Shown here: positions 47,885 to 55,621 of the stretch, piece by piece
How the letters are laid out: each line of letters opens with the position of its first letter
How positions within the stretch are numbered: position 1 is the first letter of the stretch
Origin: Propionibacteriaceae bacterium
GTDB taxonomy: Bacteria; Actinomycetota; Actinomycetes; Propionibacteriales; Propionibacteriaceae
NCBI GenBank assembly: GCA_031272825.1
Contig: JAISTE010000170.1
Coordinates: forward strand, 1 to 55,621
Reading direction: 5' to 3'
DNA length: 55,621 nucleotides
The notes under the pieces: model-generated
Databases searched by the model: none
What the model saw: only the letters and a program-made list of their open reading frames with translations
Told to the model about the DNA's origin: nothing
Made by a program: the position numbers and the translations under genes

Positions 47885-50176
47885 CTACACTTTTTCCCAG
47901 TGGGCGAAGACCTTTAGATTCTTTGTCAGTTTGGCCTTCTTCGAGGCCGTGATCTTTGTGCCGCCCTTTTTCGCCGTGTACCAGCCTATAAAGGTATAGC
48001 CGCTGCGGGTGGGGGCGGGCAGAGTTCCGTACTTCGAGCCGTAGTAGACGGACTTGGACTTCTTCGCCACCGTGCCGCCGTTGGCGTCGAATTTTACGGT
48101 CTTCTTGATGCCCTTCCAGTGCGCGTAGAGCGTGCCTACCGTCACCTTCTTTGTGGAAGTCACCTTCTTGCCGCCCGACTTGGCGGTGTACCAGCCGAGG
48201 AACTTGTAGTTTGTTCGCTTCGGCTTGGGCATGGTGATCTTCTTGCCGTAGCGGGTGGGGAAGCTGGATTTCTTCAACTTGTTGCCGCCGTTGACGTTGA
48301 ACGTGAGCTTGTTGGTGACCTTCACCTTGAAGGTGGTCTTCTTCCCTCCCGCGGTGATCTTGATCTTCACTGTGCCCGTCTTCTTCGCCTTGAAGCCGGT
48401 GGCGATGACGATGGGGTTTAGGAAAGAGATGGAGATCTCCCGGCCGGTGTCGTATTTCACCAGGATCCGCCCGTCCTTGTAGTTCGGTTTCGAGCCAACC
48501 AGATAGCTGGATTGGTAGCCGGTTGCCTTGATCGATTTGATGCCCTGCGGGGCGGTGAAGGCTTTGATGTTGAAGTTGCCGTATGAGCCGGACATTCCGT
48601 ATTTCGACACGTAGCTGGCAGAATCGGTCCAGCCGGAAGTGCCCTTGCCGAAGTAGCTCTCGCCTGCGTTCAGCTCGACACCATAGCTGTACGACGCCGA
48701 ACCCGCTTCCACCGGCAGCAAGATGTTCCCGGAGGCCGCGGTAAGCGTGACGACCACAGAAAACTTGGTGCCGCCCTTCAGGATTGTCGGGTCGGGAAGC
48801 TCGATGGTGTGATACCCGGCTAGCTGGAAGTGGCCCGAGATGTGTTTCGTGCCGCCCTTGTTGATAAGCGCGATGTTTCCCGAATCCGGGGCGGAGCCGT
48901 CGATGTTCGTGTACACCTCAATCTTGTAATTCACGTTCGGCTGCGCGGTGACGATCTGCACGGCCTCCAGCTCTTGGTTCTCGGCGTAGTCGGTAGGCAC
49001 CGAGAAGACGTTCGCCATGCGTCCGGTGGAGGACGCCAACGTCCACGAGCTTTGCCAGCCCAGCTTGTCGAGGGAGAAATTGTGGACGAGCCCGTCGGCA
49101 CCGCCGCCGCCGTTGTACGCGATAGTGCCGCCAGCGACATCGAAATACGCACTCTCTTGGATTGAGTGGTCATAGTAAGACAGGTAGAAGTAGCCGTCCT
49201 TGCCCCATCCGTTGCCCCACGAGTTCTTCACGAGGAACGCCCCATCGCCCTTGGGACGTTTGGCGAAGTTGGACGCCGAATAGTTGTCGTCCCAGCCGAC
49301 GATCGCCACCGCATGGTTTGGAGAGTTGTAGTCCGAGTCGTAGTCATAGTAGGCGGCGGTGGAGGCCTTGTAGAAGGTTCCTGTCTCCTCCACGTTGGCG
49401 GGCGCGTGATAGGCGACGTACAGGGTGCCGTAGTCGTAAACCCCGCCTTTGATCGTCTCGATGTTGTCGGCTGACCACTCCCAGTTTCCGCCCGTGTACT
49501 GCCAGGGCGAGGGGAACACGTACATGTTTCGCATGTGGAACAGCGACTTTTCGAGCTGCGTCTCGTACACCGGCCCGGAAGTCGCAGGGTATTCGAGCCG
49601 GGATTCGGCTGTCGTGCCGTACCAGTTAGAAAGGGCGGACGCGGCCATGTACAGGTTTCCGCCTGAGTTCAGCATCTTCTCGTAGGTGTTTCCCTTCGAA
49701 GACGTGGCCTTGAACGTGTTGTTGTCGTACACCGAGTAGACGATGTGTGCGGTGGAGATGGGCTCATTGCGCGTCACCTTGTTGTTGTACAGGCCGGCTT
49801 CCGCCGAGGCCGCCGTCGCAAACGACCAGCAGGTGCCGTACTTCCCTTGGTCGCGCACCGGAGTGACCGACCCCGGCTTGGCCTTGCGCAGGTCGTAGCT
49901 GGACGGCAGCCGCCCTGCCATTACCAGGCCCGGGATGGCCGTGTAGTCGGCCTCGTTGATGACGGCGTGATTGATGCAGTTCTGCCGCATTCCCCAGCCG
50001 AGCTCCTCTTCTTCGGGCTGACAATCGGCGATCGGCATTATCTCTGCCAAAGTGCCGCCCGCTCCAACGCGCACCGGCGTGACGGGTGCAGGGTCCGCCC
50101 CGCCCGCGGATGCCGCAGTCGTCGTTGTCAGTGCCAGAACGAGCGTAAGCGTCGCAGCACACATCCACTGTCTCAT
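47885..50176 (-). CDS. Secreted papain-family (C1A) cysteine peptidase with lectin-like/Ig-like region and two InlB B-repeats
   Basis: Signal peptide, QGKYGTCWSF, NHAVAIVGW, KNSWG; C-terminal F..NGG...P.R.(G/N)Y.F.GWY..LYAHW-type repeats. Confidence 0.88.
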   Translation of the reverse strand: MRQWMCAATLTLVLALTTTTAASAGGADPAPVTPVRVGAGGTLAEIMPIADCQPEEEELGWGMRQNCINHAVINEADYTAIPGLVMAGRLPSSYDLRKAKPGSVTPVRDQGKYGTCWSFATAASAEAGLYNNKVTRNEPISTAHIVYSVYDNNTFKATSSKGNTYEKMLNSGGNLYMAASALSNWYGTTAESRLEYPATSGPVYETQLEKSLFHMRNMYVFPSPWQYTGGNWEWSADNIETIKGGVYDYGTLYVAYHAPANVEETGTFYKASTAAYYDYDSDYNSPNHAVAIVGWDDNYSASNFAKRPKGDGAFLVKNSWGNGWGKDGYFYLSYYDHSIQESAYFDVAGGTIAYNGGGGADGLVHNFSLDKLGWQSSWTLASSTGRMANVFSVPTDYAENQELEAVQIVTAQPNVNYKIEVYTNIDGSAPDSGNIALINKGGTKHISGHFQLAGYHTIELPDPTILKGGTKFSVVVTLTAASGNILLPVEAGSASYSYGVELNAGESYFGKGTSGWTDSASYVSKYGMSGSYGNFNIKAFTAPQGIKSIKATGYQSSYLVGSKPNYKDGRILVKYDTGREISISFLNPIVIATGFKAKKTGTVKIKITAGGKKTTFKVKVTNKLTFNVNGGNKLKKSSFPTRYGKKITMPKPKRTNYKFLGWYTAKSGGKKVTSTKKVTVGTLYAHWKGIKKTVKFDANGGTVAKKSKSVYYGSKYGTLPAPTRSGYTFIGWYTAKKGGTKITASKKAKLTKNLKVFAHWEKV

Positions 50177-50385
50177 CTTCGGTTCCCCCTTGACCGCTTC
50201 CTTGCGCGGATACGAAATACAAACCTGCTTTGCGTCAGCACCCAAGGATATGGGGTAGCTAACGCTCGTTAGGTTACTCTAACGCCGCATTTGTGTTCAT
50301 TTTCATGCTGCTCTTCTTCGATTACCGCCCACCCGCTAGGATTGCGCGCACCAGGGGTAGTGATGCCATATCAAGGGGGACGAAT

Positions 50386-53300
50386 ATGGCCAGGAAATTT
50401 GGGACGCTCATGCTCGCCTTCGCGCTGGCGCTGTCACTCGGCGTGGGCTCGGCCAACGCTCAGACAGACGAGGTTGAGCAGGCTGCTAAGGTCCAGTCAG
50501 GGCAAGATACCGGCTCTGGCAACGCTCAAAGCGCGGAAGACCGAGAAGCTGAGACGGAAGAGCCGGCGAGCGGCGCAGCCGACAGCGAGTCAACCCAAGA
50601 AGCGATAGACGAACCGACCCAGGACGTCGATAAAGAATTCGCCCCGGACAACGCAAAGAAGCCCGGTGAAGCAGCTCAGGACGTCGCCGCTGAGGACGAT
50701 CCAACGCGAGAAGCCGCCGCAGAAGAAGACCCAACCCAAGAACCCGAGTCCACCGAACCCTCCGCGGCACCGAGCGACGAATCCAAGAAAGCCAAGCGCG
50801 TCGGCGCAGCCAGCGATTTCACCATCACACCCGGTTGGGCTGGTGAATCGCTGGCCACCGACACGATCATCACCACCGGTTCGGGCAACGCCAAGACGGT
50901 GAACTTCATGGTGTTCGGCCCCACCGATTGGTCTTCGGTGCCCCATGCGTCGACCAATACCCGCAAGCTCGTCATCGAGTACGAGAAGGTCTCGGATGCC
51001 TACGACGACGGAAAGATGGGCTTTCGCCTTACCGACTACACCGGCAAATCGGGCTCGGGCTCTACATTCGAGAATGCCAAGCTCAAGGGTGTCGAGGGCC
51101 AACCCGACATCATGAAGTCAGTCGCCGAGGCCAACGATCCAGCGCCTAACAACACCACAGGGATGGGCACCAAAGGCCGGATCGTCTACACATTCGTACC
51201 CACCACCCAGTTCGACCTGGCTACGGTACAGCTCAGCTTCCAGGCCGTCTACAACTCGGGAACCATCAACGTCGGCACCGGCGTGGCCGGAAACGACTAT
51301 TCGGCCTATCCCGACGAACAGATCAAGATCACCGCCTACCTCATCCAGGACTCGACGGCCGCCGAGTCCGCAGCTGGCGCAAACTCCCTTGACCCAAACG
51401 CGCCGCTCACCGGCTCGGCCACACTCGTCGAGCAAGGCGAGGCCACCGCCAAGGCTTACTGCCCGGGCCGCGCGGCGCGGATGTACTGGTACGCGCGCCA
51501 ACCATCGGTAGTCGGCCTCGGCCCGACGACCGGAGGACAGCTGTACATGGCCCTCGCAAGCTGGGGTTCCACCACCTACTACGGCATGGAATACCTCAAG
51601 TACACCGTACACATGGATTTGGCGAACACCCGAATACAGCTTGCCGCCAACAACTACATCACCTACAAGCAGCTGCTGCAGGCCAGCTATCCGCTTACGC
51701 TCGGAACCGGAGCCAACACCGTTACCCTCACCTCGCGGCCCATCACCTTCAGGCAGCACGACGGCAGCGCCTTGCTCGATTTGGATGGTGACGGGTTCGC
51801 CACCCAACTGGAGCTCACCGGCACGCACCAAGGCATGTACTCCGCTTACCAGGTTGAGGATCAAAACCAGTGGACGCTGGTCTACGACACTACCGCGGAA
51901 TTTGCCAAGTACAACAACGTGATGCCCCAGATTTCGTTCTACGAGAGCGGCACCTTGGGCATTGAGTTCAGCGTCGACTACCAGTTTTCGCTCAGCGGAC
52001 GCGGGCCGGTGCTGCATTCAAACCCGCAGGTGGCCGTCACCACGCTCAACACCTACAACACCGCTACCGTCGTCGAGGGTATGGACGTGGGCGTGTATAA
52101 CTCGAAGCAAACCGGCGGTAACAACGCCTTCGGTGCGGTGATCGCGGCCACCGAGCTGCAGATCACCGCCTCGGCACCGTTCTACGCGGCCACAAATAAC
52201 CCTGCGCAGCTGACACCCACAACCAACAACTACGATCCCTGGCTGCAGCCGAACTCCACGGCCTTCCAGTCGGCCTACACCTCGAACGCCGTGGGTTCTG
52301 CCGACTATATGGATCAGAAGGGATTCTTGTATTACCAGGCGTTCGAGTCGATTCAGGTGATGACCGCACGAACGGCGGCCGAGGCGGCGGGCGCGAGCGA
52401 TCCGATCACCTTCGAGATTCCCACAGGAACGACGCTCACCCACATCGTGCTGCCGTACAACGGCGGAATGGCGAACTCCACCAACATCTCGCTCTACAAG
52501 TACAAGAACGCCGAGTACAAGGGAGCATCCTTCCCGTTCGACGTGCGTATCAACGACGGCCCGCTGCAATCAGGTTCTGCGGCGACGCCCGTCGCCGCCC
52601 TCGCCGACGCCGACAAGGTAACCAAGGTTGAGCTCGGAACACCGCTCGTCGGACCGGCATCAATCACGTTCTACGTCGACGAGCTGCAGTACATCGGCAA
52701 AGATTCGGGCGATACCGAATCCTCGCTCGGCGGCGCGCGCATAGCATTCATCGGCACAACCACCGGCCTGACGCCCGGCGGAAACGTCACCTTCAAGGTC
52801 AGCTCCACCAAGGGAAATTCGGCAAACCTGGTCGCCGGAATCGCCGAGCACGGGAAGATCGTCCCCAGCATGCTTACCTTCGACGACATCGCACTCGTCA
52901 CCAAGGGCACTACGAATAACGGGTTCTCCACCCAAAGCGGTGCCGCCGGCTGGAACCAGACGTCCGTGGTCGGCGCCGTGCAAAAGGGCACGGAGGTCTA
53001 CGTGCGCACCTACTTCAGACCGCTCGGCACTGAGAACTACGCGTCCTACGCCGGGGCTTCGAAAAATGGCCGGGCATACCGGCCGCCAACGTACGTCGAC
53101 CCGCTGCCGCACACCGACGGAACCGCGAACGTCCTATATGGGGTGACTCCGGTGTTCTACTTCTCCATCCCCTCCGGCCTGGAGATCGACACCTCCGACC
53201 CCGACGCCGTGCAGCTGATGTATGACAAGACCAACCTCACCGGCCTGGACGTGCACGGCAAGAAGCTGAAAGCTTCGATTTCGCACGTCACCGAGTCGGG

Positions 53301-55621
53301 ATACGGCCTGTTCACCGGCGGGCAGAAGGGCGCGAACGCCGACGGCTACATGGTGGAGGTCGACATCACCGACGAGGACGGCAACCCCACGTTGTTCACC
53401 AACGCGCGGCAAAACGGTACGGCGAGCAACACCAACTACATCGTGCTGCTCAAGCTGAAGATCCCAGCCGACTTCGACGAGCTCACCGAGGGCAATAACT
53501 TTGAGTTCGACACTGAATCGGTGTTGACTAACTACCGGCACGAAATCGTACAAAAGCCCTTGTGGAGCCATCCGTCGTACTATCCGGCACCCGTGAACCT
53601 GGCCACGCGCTACACCTTCACCGCGGCCAAGACCTCGACCCCGACCGTCGACAATGTGGTGATGTTCCCCGAGGCTTTGGCGTTCAGCTCGGCGGCGACG
53701 AACGGGCACACCACCTTGCCCGACGCCGACTCGCCCGAGTGGTGGTTCACATCAAGGCCGCAGACGGCCTTCAGCCCAAACCATCTGCTGTTGGTGTTGC
53801 CGCCCTCGGCATCGGGTTCGGCCTCCAGCGAGCGCGAGGCCGGAGGCTATTACAACCACTCGGCCACTGCGTCGGCCAGCGATGTGCCGCCGATTCGGGC
53901 CGTAGACGAGCGGGTTCCACACCTGCGCTATTCGATGTTCTACAACGTCGACGGCATCCCGGCGGCGGCTAACTCGGTGATCTAATTCGTGCTGCCGACG
54001 GGCGAGAACTGGAAGCCGGTGATGACGGGCACGCCCTACATCATGCACACGCCCGGCTGGGAAGACATGGAGATTTGGTACACGACCGATCCGGTTTTAC
54101 CGGATACCTCGGTGCTGAACTCGCTGAACACGGCGACCGGTGAGCTGGTGACGACCACTTCCCTGACGTGGAGCCAGGGGACGCTCACGGCCATCGGTTC
54201 CTCGCGCCTGGACGTCGGCGGAATTTCGGCTGCCAACCTGGCGAATATCACCGCCTGGAAGATCGTCTATAAGACGCTGCCGATCGGAGATCAGATCAAC
54301 TTCTACATGCCATACCGCGTTGACAAGGTTGATTACCGCAAGCTTTCGGCCCCTGATTGCACCTCGAACTGCTACGGCGATGTGGAGGTCGGCGACATCT
54401 ACTACTGGTTCGGCCCGAACTCGAACCAGATTAAGAACCACCAGATGGGTTCGGCCGTGCGGCTGCTGCGCTCGGCGGTACCGGAAATCCGCGAGTTCGA
54501 CGCAAGCGCGCTGCCCACCGCCACGCAGTCCTATGCGTACGGGGCAAGCGGGCTCGCCGATTGGTGGAAGCTCACCACCTTCGACGACTACACGGCGGGC
54601 ATCTCGGCGGCTTCGATCAAGGTTGAGAAGACGCCTTGGGGCGACGGCACTTCGAGCGTCATCTTGTCGTCGAGTGATTTCATATCCGACGGCACCTATT
54701 CGCCCGCCACCGGGGCCGACGGGGTGAAGGGCCACTTCAACATCACGCCCACCGACTACATCTCCACTACATCACCGGGCACCTATACCATCACGTACAC
54801 GACCACGACCGACGGCGACACCCAAGGCACGACGGCCACGCGCACGATCTTCGTCGACAAGCCCATCTACACGGTCACGTACCACGCCGACGGCTCGACC
54901 TCGGGAGCGGCTCCTGCCGATGCGGCGGGCAACGCGCCGACGGGCGCCGTGGTCGGCAACAAGTACTACGACGGCTCAACAGTTACGACGCTGGGCGCGG
55001 GAACTCTTGCCAAGGATCACCACTTCTTCGCGGGCTGGGCCACGTCCTCGGGATCGACGACCGTGGCTTACGCGGCTGCGGCGACGTTCACGATCTCGGC
55101 GAACGTCGATCTCTATCCGGTGTTCTACCCCAACGTTCTTTCCGTTTCGTACAAGGTGAACTCGCCCGTCGGCGCGCAGGCGGACTTCACCCCGGCCAAT
55201 GCGGTCTCCGGAACTCCGGCCTATAACACGACGGGCGCGGATCGGTGGGTTTACGGGTTGGCGAAAGTCGGGCCGTCGGACATTCCAACTGCGCCGCACG
55301 ATTCGGCCGGGAATTTCGACTACGACTTCGTGGGCTGGTTCGCCTCCGAGGCAGACGCCGACGCAATCACAAGCTCGGGCGTGGTCGGGAGCGCCGTACC
55401 GTTCTCGTTCACTGGCAACTACGCCGACGACCTGAGCACGCTCACGCTCTACGCTGCCTGGGTCGAACCATACGGAATCAGCTACGACCTGGGCGGGGCC
55501 AGCGCAAACAACGCACACACCCCGGCAAGGTTCACGCGCAACTGGGTGAACGGTACGAGTGCTATTCGCATCTACAATCCGCCCGCCCGCACCGGCTACA
55601 CCTTCACCGGCTGGACGGCCG
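50386..55621 (+). pseudogene. Giant secreted/surface protein with InlB B-repeats, interrupted by an in-frame TAA at 53983-53985; runs off the window
   Basis: Signal peptide and acidic linker; same frame stays open 545 codons past the TAA and contains F.GW / LYAAW / P.RTGYTFTGW repeats. Confidence 0.75.

Overview
High-GC actinobacterial chromosome segment. The mutAB genes, the sdhCAB operon between trmD and rplS, and pmt suggest Propionibacteriaceae (inference). The left part (1-11 kb) is accessory: GH78 rhamnosidase, MarR/Bcr-MFS, VOC, thiN, SDR, an AAA_14/DUF4143-type ATPase-nuclease flanked by two different tandem arrays, MATE and NCS2. The core block runs pmt, rsmI, mutAB, glgP, dprA-comM-yraN, rnhB, lepB x2, rplS, sdhCAB, trmD-rimM-khpA-rpsP, vapBC, sstT, ffh, ftsY, smc, mutM, rnc, rpmF. 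The right end holds thpR, tRNA-Ala(CGC), a small Cys/Asp-rich ORF, a secreted papain-family peptidase and a giant InlB-B-repeat surface protein broken by one in-frame TAA. Most notable: (1) an unannotated ~410-nt, GNRA-rich, multi-domain structured RNA upstream of rpmF. It has its own terminator and is divergent from a second structured element sharing a CUCAUAC-loop hairpin, next to an RNA 2',3'-cyclic phosphodiesterase and a tRNA. (2) The ATPase-nuclease gene with a 5x23-bp promoter-embedded array and an orphan 3x33-bp array. (3) A CGTC-tagged palindromic repeat family, one copy of which sits in frame inside the MATE gene. All calls are by eye; no database searches or folding programs were run.
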